Below are positions 16,540 through 24,459 of a DNA stretch of 32,000 nucleotides, piece by piece (positions within the stretch are counted from its first letter, which is position 1; every line of letters starts with the position of its first letter). A program made the position numbers and the translations under genes. Under the pieces are notes generated by a model. It was not told where the DNA came from and searched no databases. It was given only the letters and a program-made list of their open reading frames with translations. The stretch is from an uncultured Chloroflexia bacterium (lineage in GTDB: Bacteria > Chloroflexota > Anaerolineae > Anaerolineales > Anaerolineaceae). The stretch spans positions 1,020,001 through 1,052,000 of the forward strand of contig OY969938.1 in assembly GCA_963704755.1 (NCBI GenBank), written 5' to 3'.

Positions 16540-16554
16540 AATCCTCTTGGATCG

Positions 16555-16586
16555 AAAAAACCCCTCTCCCGTTTCTAGGAGAGGGG
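16555..16586 (-). terminator. Rho-independent terminator of the molybdenum hydroxylase operon
   Basis: CCCCTCTCC (16561-69) and GGAGAGGGG (16578-86) form a perfect 9-bp stem. On the minus strand it is followed by TTTTTT (16560-16555), 30 nt after the stop codon at 16616. Confidence 0.85.
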
Positions 16587-16615
16587 TTGGGGTGAGGGCG
16601 AAACACCGGCGAATA

Positions 16616-19426
16616 TTACGCCTTGCGCAGCGCCATTAAAATCTTTTCCTGGTCCACCGGTAGACTGTCCAGGCGGACACCGACTGCATTGTAGATGGCA
16701 TTGGTGATGGCCGGGCTGGTGGGAATGAGGACGATCTCGCCCACGCCTTTGGCGCCAAAGGGCCCGTCCGGGCTGGGGTGTTCGACCACGATCGTGGTAA
16801 TCTCCGGCGTCATGGTGATCGAGGGGATGCGGTAACGCGCCAGCCGGTCGGTGATCACCATGCCCTTATCGACGATAAATTGCTCGGTCAGGGCATGGCC
16901 AACCCCCATCATCGCTCCGCCTTCGAGCTGGCCTTGCAGCCCGAGCGGATTGACGGCGATGCCTACATCGTTCGCGGTGATCAGGCGCAGCACCTTCACC
17001 TCGCCGGTCAGCAAGTTCACTTCGACTTCGATCGCCTGGGCAGCGAACGAAAAAGCGAAGTGCATATCTCCGCCTTCACCTAACGGGCGTGTAGCCGGGG
17101 CCCAATAGGTATACATCGCCTGGGGCGAGCGCCCATCTTCGATAATCTGCTGGGCTAACTCGGAAAGCTCCACGGTAAAACCGTTGGCGTGCGCCAGGCC
17201 CTCTTCGTAACGGATCTTCTCCGGCGGCACATCGTACCGCTCGGCCAGTTCGCTGGTCATCAACTCGCGTAGGGCCCGTGAAGCGTAGCGCACCGCGTTC
17301 CCGGTGACGAACGTTTGCCGTGAAGCGGTGGTCGGTCCGCCGTCCGGGGTCAGGTCGGTATCCGAGAGCAGCACGTCCACCTGGTGGGCGGGTTGGTCCA
17401 GCTCTTCGGCCGCGATCAATTGCAACACTGTGGGCAGCCCCTGGCCCAATTCGGCCGACGAGGTCCGTACCTGGAAAGTCCCATCCCGGCGCAGCTCGAC
17501 TTCGGCACCGGCTTTGTCCGGCGCACCGCCGCCCAGGCCGGTGTTCTTGTAAGCCACAGCGAAACCCCACGAGCGCACCAGGTGTGGTGCGCCGGCCACT
17601 TTTTTCGCCTGGAAGGGCTGATCACCGCCCAATTCGTGCAATTTAGCTTCGACCTGCGCAATGCAATCCAGCAAGCCCACACTGTTGCGCAGCACCTGGC
17701 CGGTGTTGGTAACGCTGCCTTCGTGCAGGGCGTTCATCCGGCGCAGCTCCAGCGGATCGATGGCCAGTTTCTCGGCCAGCGTGTCCATCATGCTTTCCAC
17801 CGCAAAAGCCGACTGCATGACCCCAAACCCGCGGAAAGCGCCCGCAGGCGGGTTGTTGGTGTACATCGCGAAACAATCCGCCTTGACGTGCGGAACCTCG
17901 TACGGCCCGGAAGAATGGGTGGTGGCGCGGGTCATGACCTTATCGCCCAGCGAGGCGTATGCGCCGGTATCGCCGTACAATTCGGTCTCGACCGCGGTTA
18001 GCCGGCCGTCTTTCCTGGCACCAACCTTGACCCGGATCTGGGTCGCATGGCGCTTGGGATGGGCGATCAGGCTCTCCTGGCGGTCGTACAGCAGCTTGAC
18101 CGGCCGGCCGGTGGCCTGCGTCAGCAAAGCCGCAAAAATTTGCCCGGCAATGTCCTCTTTCCCGCCGAAACCGCCGCCGATCAACTGGCCCACAATCCGC
18201 ACCCGCGATTCCTCCCAACCTAACACCCGCGCAACCTGGCTGCGGTCCTCATAAGGGATCTGTGAGCCGACGAAAATCTCCATGCGTCCCTCCGGAGTCA
18301 GGCGCGAGATGCTGCATTCGGGCTCCAAAAAGGCGTGGTCGTGCACCGGAGTATGGTAAGTATGTTCCAGGATAACGTCCGCTTCCGCAAAGCCTTCCGT
18401 AACGTCACCCTTGCGGACCTTGATATGTTTGAGCAGGTTGCCCTGGGGGTGGATAGACTCCGCGTCCGGCTGATTTGCCAGAACCGGGTCATCCACGACA
18501 GGCAATAAATCGAACTCGGCTTCGATCAAATCGACCGCCTGGCCGGCAATCTCGCGGGTGTCGGCGGCCACAATCGCCAGAGCATCCCCTACCGTGCGGA
18601 TACGCTCGCCCAGGCCGACCATCACCGGCCAATCGAAGACCACCACGCCGTGATTGTGCTCACCGGGGATGTCCGCGGCGGTCAAAACCGCCACTACACC
18701 GGGCAGCGCGCGGGCTTTACTGACGTCCAGTTTGCGCAAGGTTGCCGACGGCACCATGGCCCGTTTGACCCGTGCATGCAGCATATTCTCAAATACCAGG
18801 TCGTCGGTGAAAATAGCTTTCCCGGTCACTTTCGCCACCGCATCCGGCCGCGGGCGGATCTGGCCCACTTCTTTTCGCCCGGCCGGCGAAGGCGCCAGCC
18901 TGGGCAGCGCCACCGGCTCGCCGGTGCGCAGGCTGTCCGCAGCCGCATGGATCGCCCGCAAAATGCTCGGGTACCCTCCACAGCGGCAAAGGGTATCTTT
19001 CAAAGCGTCCTTAATCTCGTCGTCGCTCGGGTCCGGGTTATGCTGCAGCAGTGCATAGGACGTCAATAACTGCCCAGGGATGCAGAAACCGCACTGGACC
19101 GAGCCGTATTTGATAAATGCTTCCTGAAGGGGATGGAGCGCCACTTCCTCCGGGGTTTGTTGGGCTTGCGGGGCGGCCTTCCCCAACCCTTCGATTGTCA
19201 TGACCGAAGCGCCATCCGCCTTGGCGGCCGGGTAGGAACAGGACAGCACCGGCTCGCCATCCAGGATGACGGTGCATGAGCCGCACTCGGCTTCGTTACA
19301 GCCGATCTTGGTCCCGGTCAATCGCAAGCGGTCGCGCAGCAGGTCCGCCAGCATTTCACCGGGGACTTCTTCCAATTCATACGGTTGCCCGTTTACAGTC
19401 AAGTGGATCATTCGCTCGCCGGTCAT
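16616..19426 (-). CDS. Xanthine dehydrogenase/aldehyde oxidoreductase-family molybdenum hydroxylase, with the [2Fe-2S] small subunit fused to the molybdopterin-binding large subunit (MOP-like)
   Basis: The 936-aa ORF has N-terminal CNEAECGSCTV and CRCGGY two-cluster motifs. The MoCo domains follow, with the signature GGGFGGK (LIGGGFGGKEDI). A 4-nt ATGA overlap links it to the FAD subunit gene. Confidence 0.9.
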   Translation of the reverse strand: MTGERMIHLTVNGQPYELEEVPGEMLADLLRDRLRLTGTKIGCNEAECGSCTVILDGEPVLSCSYPAAKADGASVMTIEGLGKAAPQAQQTPEEVALHPLQEAFIKYGSVQCGFCIPGQLLTSYALLQHNPDPSDDEIKDALKDTLCRCGGYPSILRAIHAAADSLRTGEPVALPRLAPSPAGRKEVGQIRPRPDAVAKVTGKAIFTDDLVFENMLHARVKRAMVPSATLRKLDVSKARALPGVVAVLTAADIPGEHNHGVVVFDWPVMVGLGERIRTVGDALAIVAADTREIAGQAVDLIEAEFDLLPVVDDPVLANQPDAESIHPQGNLLKHIKVRKGDVTEGFAEADVILEHTYHTPVHDHAFLEPECSISRLTPEGRMEIFVGSQIPYEDRSQVARVLGWEESRVRIVGQLIGGGFGGKEDIAGQIFAALLTQATGRPVKLLYDRQESLIAHPKRHATQIRVKVGARKDGRLTAVETELYGDTGAYASLGDKVMTRATTHSSGPYEVPHVKADCFAMYTNNPPAGAFRGFGVMQSAFAVESMMDTLAEKLAIDPLELRRMNALHEGSVTNTGQVLRNSVGLLDCIAQVEAKLHELGGDQPFQAKKVAGAPHLVRSWGFAVAYKNTGLGGGAPDKAGAEVELRRDGTFQVRTSSAELGQGLPTVLQLIAAEELDQPAHQVDVLLSDTDLTPDGGPTTASRQTFVTGNAVRYASRALRELMTSELAERYDVPPEKIRYEEGLAHANGFTVELSELAQQIIEDGRSPQAMYTYWAPATRPLGEGGDMHFAFSFAAQAIEVEVNLLTGEVKVLRLITANDVGIAVNPLGLQGQLEGGAMMGVGHALTEQFIVDKGMVITDRLARYRIPSITMTPEITTIVVEHPSPDGPFGAKGVGEIVLIPTSPAITNAIYNAVGVRLDSLPVDQEKILMALRKA

Positions 19427-20310
19427 AATACACCTCCATCCGCGGCCCGTGACCAGGCCTTCTCCAATACCTCTTCTAATAATCCGTCACTTAATTCGTA
19501 CCGATAAGCAGACGAGGCCCGCATCGCGCTGGAGCGGAAGCGGATGGTCTCGCGTAATTTTGCTTTTGCATTGGCAACAGCCTGTGGGGTAAACTTCTGG
19601 CCCGCCAGAACTTCTTCGACCGCCGTGGCTCGTGTGGGTACCGCGCCTCCCGGCCCAATGGAAATCCGCACCGAGTGGATAAAGTCAGCTTCCCGTTCAA
19701 GCCAGACGGCCATATTCAGGATGGGTAAGGCCACTCCTTGCGGCCGCATAATCCGGCTGAAGGCCGAGCTTTGCCCCGCCCTTCTTTTTTGGATGGAAAA
19801 ACCGACCAGAATTTCCCGGCAGGGATCCAGCGCTGATTTACCCGGCCCGAGGAACAATTTTGCCAGCGGCGCTTCGCGTATCCCTTCCGGGCTGGCAATT
19901 TGGACCAGTGGGTCGAATGCTAACAAAGCGATCGTGCCATCCGCGGCCGGCAACGCGTGAGCGACGTTACCGCCCAGGGTGGCCGCGTTGCGCACCTGCG
20001 GCCCGCCGATCAAGTTACAGGCCTCCGCCAGGGCTTTGGCATGCTCGCGGATAAGTTCCGAAGTCGTGATTTTGCGCAATGGCAGGCCGGCCCCGATAAA
20101 AATACTGTCCCCACTCATTTCCAACCGGTTGAGTTCGGCAATGCGGGTGACATCGACCAGCGTTTGAGGAGGTGGCTGCCTGTTTTGTTGAATATCCAGC
20201 AGTAGATCGGTTCCTCCCCCTATCGGGCGAGCCGGGCCGCTTGCGGTCGCCAGGGCTCGCAGGGCATCCTCTAACGAATGCGCCAAAATGTAATTTTGCC
20301 ATGTGCTCAT
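19423..20310 (-). CDS. FAD-binding subunit of the molybdenum hydroxylase (CoxM/XdhB-like)
   Basis: The 295-aa ORF has the GGGTDLL motif of the FAD_binding_5 fold and a C-terminal CO-dehydrogenase flavoprotein domain. A GGAGGA Shine-Dalgarno sequence lies upstream. Confidence 0.88.
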   Translation of the reverse strand: MSTWQNYILAHSLEDALRALATASGPARPIGGGTDLLLDIQQNRQPPPQTLVDVTRIAELNRLEMSGDSIFIGAGLPLRKITTSELIREHAKALAEACNLIGGPQVRNAATLGGNVAHALPAADGTIALLAFDPLVQIASPEGIREAPLAKLFLGPGKSALDPCREILVGFSIQKRRAGQSSAFSRIMRPQGVALPILNMAVWLEREADFIHSVRISIGPGGAVPTRATAVEEVLAGQKFTPQAVANAKAKLRETIRFRSSAMRASSAYRYELSDGLLEEVLEKAWSRAADGGVL

Positions 20311-20515
20311 AATCGGTGGATTCCTCCGGAAGGCGGTACTTTTCGACGGGCTCTGAGGCCCGACGCCGACTTGTAATGGGTTTGGCCAAGCCGACCACCG
20401 ATTGGTTTCTGCTATAAATCTGCCAGACAGCAGTTTTTTGTTAATTCACGAAAATCATCTTCCCCATAAATGCATGGGGAGTTCTTTTATTATAAGACGT
20501 TTTAGGTCTAAATTG

Positions 20516-20529
20516 AACTTTCATTTTTG
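20516..20529. repeat. Direct repeat copy 1 (AACTTTCATTTTTG)
   Basis: This is an exact 14-nt copy of 20636-20649. The two copies bracket a 106-bp segment that contains the 55-nt palindrome. Confidence 0.9.
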
Positions 20530-20557
20530 GCAACTGCCCAGCCAAACAGGGAAGAAA

Positions 20558-20612
20558 CCCGAATTCAAGGTGTTTGCTTGGGCTTTGCCCAAGCAAACAC
20601 CTTGAATTCGGG
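20558..20612. repeat. Perfect 55-nt palindrome with a 26-bp stem and 3-nt loop
   Basis: CCCGAATTCAAGGTGTTTGCTTGGGC (20558-20583), TTT, then GCCCAAGCAAACACCTTGAATTCGGG (20587-20612). I verified base by base that the arms are exact reverse complements. An outer AAGAA/TTCTT pairing (20552-56 with 20616-20) extends the stem across a small bulge. Confidence 0.95.
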
Positions 20613-20635
20613 AACTTCTTAGCAAGTGTCTGGGT

Positions 20636-20649
20636 AACTTTCATTTTTG
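20636..20649. repeat. Direct repeat copy 2 (AACTTTCATTTTTG), which contains the last two sense codons and the stop of the ABC ATPase gene
   Basis: It is identical to 20516-20529. The minus strand reads CAA AAA TGA AAGTT, i.e. ...Q K stop of the 524-aa ATPase. Confidence 0.9.
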
Positions 20650-22215
20650 AAGGTCGCCGGTTTCGTGGACTCCGGCCATCATCAACCCAAGCTGTTCGGT
20701 TGTGGCCGTGCGGCCATCGACAATGCCTACGATCTGGCCTTCGTAAATCACCGCGATCCGGTCCGAGATGGCACGGACTTCATCCAGGTCCTCCGAGATC
20801 AACAAAGTGGCGGTACCGGTTTCGCGCTGTTCGAGCAGCTTCTTCTGAATGTATTCGGAAGCCCCAATATCCACCCCACGGGTGGGCTGGGCAGCGATCA
20901 AGACCTTTGGCTTTCGTGAAAGCTCGCGCGCCAGGATCAATTTCTGAATATTCCCGCCGGAGAGATTCTTGATGGGCGTATCCAACCCCGGTGTCTTGAC
21001 CGAATAATCCTGGACCAGGCGGGATGCCTCCCGCTGAATAGCCCGGGTATTGAGGAAAGTACGGCTCGAATAAGGCTTTTTGTTATGGTCCTCCAGGATG
21101 ACGTTATCGGCCACACTGAAATCTTTGATGGCCCCTTCGCGCATGCGCTCTTCCGGGATGTAGGATTGGCCGGCCTCGATCCGCCTGGCCGGGGAAGCGT
21201 TGGTCACATCCTTGCCGACCAGGGTAATTTGCCCAGTCCGCACCGGACGCAGTCCCGCCAAGGCTTCCGCCAGCTCGCGCTGACCATTGCCCGAAACGCC
21301 TGCCAACCCGAGGATTTCTCCGGCGTGTAAATCGAAGGAAATTCCGCGCAGCGCATCCTCGCCGCGGTCGCCGCGCACGAACAGGCTCTCGACTTTCAAC
21401 AAGACATCCCCAAAATGAGCCGGGGAGCGGTCGTACTGCAAGATTACCGGGCGCCCGACCATCATCTGGGCCAGCTCGGTCTTGGTCGCACCCTGGGTGG
21501 CGCAGGTCCCCACCACCCGGCCATCACGCAGCACGGTGATACGCTGGCTGATCGCCAGCACCTCATGCAGCTTGTGCGAGATGAATATCATCGCGTGGCC
21601 ATCCTTGGCCATCTGCTCGAAGGTCTTGAAGAGCTCATCGACTTCCTGCGGGGTCAACACAGCAGTGGGTTCGTCCAAAATCAAAAGCGCCGCACCGCGG
21701 TAGAGCGCCTTGACGATCTCGACACGCTGCTGTTCACCGACCGCCAACTGCCAGACGTATGCCCGCGGTTCTACTTTGAGGCCGTATTGCTCCCCCAGGA
21801 TGCGGATCCTTTTTTCGACCGTATCCAGGTCGAGGACCGGTCCACGGCCAGACTTCAGCCCCAGGGCCACGTTTTCCAGAACGGTCAATGAAGGCACCAA
21901 CATAAAATGCTGGTGGATCATGCCGATTCCAGCATTGATCGCGTCGGTGGGCGAATTGAAATGTTTTTCCTCGCCGTTGATTATAATTTTGCCTTCGTCC
22001 GGCTTGTATAACCCATATAACTGGCGCATCAGGGTACTTTTCCCGGCGCCATTTTCGCCCAGGAGCGCGTGAATCTCACCGGCTTTCAGGTCAAAATTGA
22101 CATGGTCATTCGCCAGAACGCCGGGAAAGCGTTTGACGATATCCACCATGCGCATTTCTTCGATTTGTCCTTTTCCTGCAGGAAGAAGGTCTGCCATTCG
22201 CTCAGAAATCCTCAT
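20641..22215 (-). CDS. ABC transporter ATP-binding protein with duplicated ATPase domains (partner of the BMP-family or sugar-type importer)
   Basis: The 524-aa ORF has Walker A GENGAGKST. Its two signature motifs are LAVGEQQRVEI and LSGGNIQKLILAREL, and its Walker B motifs are LLILDEPTA and VLIAAQPTRGVD. The start is uncertain: ATG codons for M1, M7 or M21 are all possible. Confidence 0.9.
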   Translation of the reverse strand: MRISERMADLLPAGKGQIEEMRMVDIVKRFPGVLANDHVNFDLKAGEIHALLGENGAGKSTLMRQLYGLYKPDEGKIIINGEEKHFNSPTDAINAGIGMIHQHFMLVPSLTVLENVALGLKSGRGPVLDLDTVEKRIRILGEQYGLKVEPRAYVWQLAVGEQQRVEIVKALYRGAALLILDEPTAVLTPQEVDELFKTFEQMAKDGHAMIFISHKLHEVLAISQRITVLRDGRVVGTCATQGATKTELAQMMVGRPVILQYDRSPAHFGDVLLKVESLFVRGDRGEDALRGISFDLHAGEILGLAGVSGNGQRELAEALAGLRPVRTGQITLVGKDVTNASPARRIEAGQSYIPEERMREGAIKDFSVADNVILEDHNKKPYSSRTFLNTRAIQREASRLVQDYSVKTPGLDTPIKNLSGGNIQKLILARELSRKPKVLIAAQPTRGVDIGASEYIQKKLLEQRETGTATLLISEDLDEVRAISDRIAVIYEGQIVGIVDGRTATTEQLGLMMAGVHETGDLQK

Positions 22216-22221
22216 TAATTC

Positions 22222-22251
22222 GGATAGCCGGGCTTTTCAACCCGGCTATCC
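22222..22251 (-). repeat. Intercistronic 11-bp perfect hairpin between the SBP and ATPase genes
   Basis: GGATAGCCGGG (22222-32) pairs with CCCGGCTATCC (22241-51). There is no U-tract. It shares the TAGCCGGG/CCCGGCTA core with the hairpins at 16493-16539. Confidence 0.7.
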
Positions 22252-22269
22252 GTAGATTTACCCGGTTGA

Positions 22270-23301
22270 CTACTGGCTCACAACCTGGTCGGGCAGCGTA
22301 ACGGTTCCATCTTCGATGCCCTTGATAGCTGCATCTGCGGCAGCTTTGACATCAGCGGGTACCGGTACCTGATCGTTGTATTTGATCACCAGGCCATTAT
22401 TCTTGAAGGTCAGGGTGTAGGCTTTGTTGCCCAACACACCGGCTTTGATACTGGCAATCATATCTTTGACCACGCCGGTCCAGTCGTAGACCATGCTGGC
22501 CACAACGGTATCCGGAGCCAGGGCGGTCTGGTCCCACTGGGCGCCGAACCACTTGGCGCCTTTGTCTTTGGCCACGCCGATAGCGCCCACCACCGACTGG
22601 GAAGATCCGGTCAGCATGTCGGCGCCGGCGGCGATGTGCGTCTCAGCGGCGGCAGCCATCAAAGACACATCCGAAAACGAGCCGGTATATGAAACGTTAA
22701 CCTTGATATCGGGTTTGGCAGCTTCCGCACCAGCCTTGAAGCCATCCACGTACAGTTTTGCGTCACCGGCCTCAACTGGGCCGGTCTCGCCTAACACACC
22801 CGACTTCGACATCATCGCAGCGATCGTACCCAGTACGTAACCGCCCTGCTCAGCCTGGGCCTGGTAGGCAAAAATATTGTTGATGCCATCTTCCTGGAAG
22901 GTATCCAGCGAAGTACCCCAGGCAAAACTGGTGTTCGGGAAGTCCGGCGCAATTTGCTGCAGAGACGAGCCGTACTGTGAACCGTGGGCGATGACCAGGT
23001 TGTAACCCTGGGAAGCATAATCACGGACGGCAGCGGCCGCATCCGGCACATTGTACAGGTTTTCGGAATAGGCAATCTCGAACTGGCTGGGGCCGCCCAT
23101 TTCGGTCTGTACGGAAAGCAGCGCTTCGTACATCGACTGGCTGAAGGCCTGGTCGGTAATGGCGCTGGGCATCACAATGGCCACCCGGAAAGGCTTTGCG
23201 GCTTCGGCGGTGGGTGTAGCGGTGGCAGCCGGCGCGCAGGCGCTCACGGCCATAACCAATACGGTCACCAACAATATCAACTTGAACATTCTCGATTTCA
23301 T
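22270..23301 (-). CDS. BMP-family (Med/PnrA/TmpC-like) ABC transporter substrate-binding lipoprotein, probably binding a purine nucleoside or nucleobase
   Basis: The 343-aa ORF has a signal peptide with the lipobox AVSAC. The core has the BMP pattern FRVAIVMPSAITDQAFSQS...VIAHGSQYG. Confidence 0.85.
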   Translation of the reverse strand: MKSRMFKLILLVTVLVMAVSACAPAATATPTAEAAKPFRVAIVMPSAITDQAFSQSMYEALLSVQTEMGGPSQFEIAYSENLYNVPDAAAAVRDYASQGYNLVIAHGSQYGSSLQQIAPDFPNTSFAWGTSLDTFQEDGINNIFAYQAQAEQGGYVLGTIAAMMSKSGVLGETGPVEAGDAKLYVDGFKAGAEAAKPDIKVNVSYTGSFSDVSLMAAAAETHIAAGADMLTGSSQSVVGAIGVAKDKGAKWFGAQWDQTALAPDTVVASMVYDWTGVVKDMIASIKAGVLGNKAYTLTFKNNGLVIKYNDQVPVPADVKAAADAAIKGIEDGTVTLPDQVVSQ

Positions 23302-23526
23302 TATATCTACTCCTCCATTTATTCATGTATTGATCGCAATTAGTCGGGCGTTGGCAAGAATTTCCCGGGAGGCAAGGGCGAACCTCCTGCAAATACCATA
23401 ATCCCGGGGTTCCTACTCATCCGACCGAGTAATTACCATGGATCAACCCTGCCTGGGGATACGTACAAGTGGATTAATGGATTCCGCGGCCTCCTTTCTG
23501 GACAAAATCGAATTCCTCGGATCAGG

Positions 23527-24459
23527 TTAGTTTTCGCCCCGTTCGAAGGGTTTGGTCAGCGCATCGGGTTGGTTGGTGCGGCGGACTGCGAAAACGAGCG
23601 CCAGGATGGTCAGGATATATGGCATCATGACCGCAATGTCAGAGGGCAGGTTGATACCTTTCACCTGGATCCAGAGCTGCAAGGCGTTGACAAAACTGAA
23701 CAACAAAGCGCCCGCCATCACACCGTTGGGGCGCCAACCACCAAAATAAACCAGGGCCACAGCTATGAAGCCCATCCCATTGGTCATGTTCTCCTGGAAC
23801 AGGTTAATCAGCGCGATTGAAAGGGAAGCCCCGGCGATACCGGCCAGAATCCCGCCAATACAGACCGTAATGTAGCGGATACGGTTGACGTTGACACCTA
23901 ACGTATCGGCGGCCTGGGGGTTTTGCCCGACCGCGCGGACTTTCAGCCCAAAGGTCGTCTTGTTGAGCACCCAGGTAGCCAGGGGAACCAGCAGGAAAGC
24001 CCCATAAACCAAAATATTATGGTCGAAAAGCACACTGCCAACGTAGGGGATATCTCCCAATAGGGGGATTTTGATCGGCTGAAAACCATTGATCAACTCG
24101 GCTCCGCCCAGGGTGGTCTTGAACAACAATGTGGAGAGTCCCAGGCCGAATAATTGCAAGCCAATTCCGCTGATACCCTGTTCGGCTTGCAGGGTAACGC
24201 TGATGACCGCCATCAGCAAACCCATCAGCAGACCTACCAGGCCGGCCGCCAGCAGACCCAGCCACAGGTTGCCGGTCTTCATCCCGGCAAAAAAGCCGGC
24301 GTAGGCGCCCATCAGCATAATGCCATCTACACCCAGGTTGAGCACACCGGAGGTTTGGGCAAAGGTCTCACCAATCGCGGCGTAAAGATACGGGGTCGCC
24401 AGGCGAATGCCCGAATAAATAATTCCCAGTAGTACCGGTAGCGTGAATAGATCAGACAT
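23527..24459 (-). CDS. ABC transporter permease (YufQ/NupC-type, BMP system)
   Basis: The 310-aa polytopic protein belongs to the BPD_transp_2 family (branched-chain/ribose type). Its start is coupled to the upstream permease through an ATGTCTGA overlap once that gene's frame is corrected. Confidence 0.88.
   Translation of the reverse strand: MSDLFTLPVLLGIIYSGIRLATPYLYAAIGETFAQTSGVLNLGVDGIMLMGAYAGFFAGMKTGNLWLGLLAAGLVGLLMGLLMAVISVTLQAEQGISGIGLQLFGLGLSTLLFKTTLGGAELINGFQPIKIPLLGDIPYVGSVLFDHNILVYGAFLLVPLATWVLNKTTFGLKVRAVGQNPQAADTLGVNVNRIRYITVCIGGILAGIAGASLSIALINLFQENMTNGMGFIAVALVYFGGWRPNGVMAGALLFSFVNALQLWIQVKGINLPSDIAVMMPYILTILALVFAVRRTNQPDALTKPFERGEN

Noticed and set aside
20402-20644. Two 67-aa ORFs (20402-20605 + and 20441-20644 -), plus 26036-26329 (+) 97 aa and 26110-26313 (-) 67 aa.
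   Set aside because: They run through the perfect palindromes. For that reason the 20402-20605 and 20441-20644 pair encode mirror-image peptides (PEFKVF / LEFGF). They have no Shine-Dalgarno sequence and no motifs. The palindromes themselves are the real feature.
24327-24451. C-terminal 41 codons of the ORF-track version of the permease (401 aa), which overlap the next gene.
   Set aside because: This is an out-of-frame read-through tail produced by the frame break at 24539. The +1 frame gives a proper TM helix and a coupled stop at 24452.
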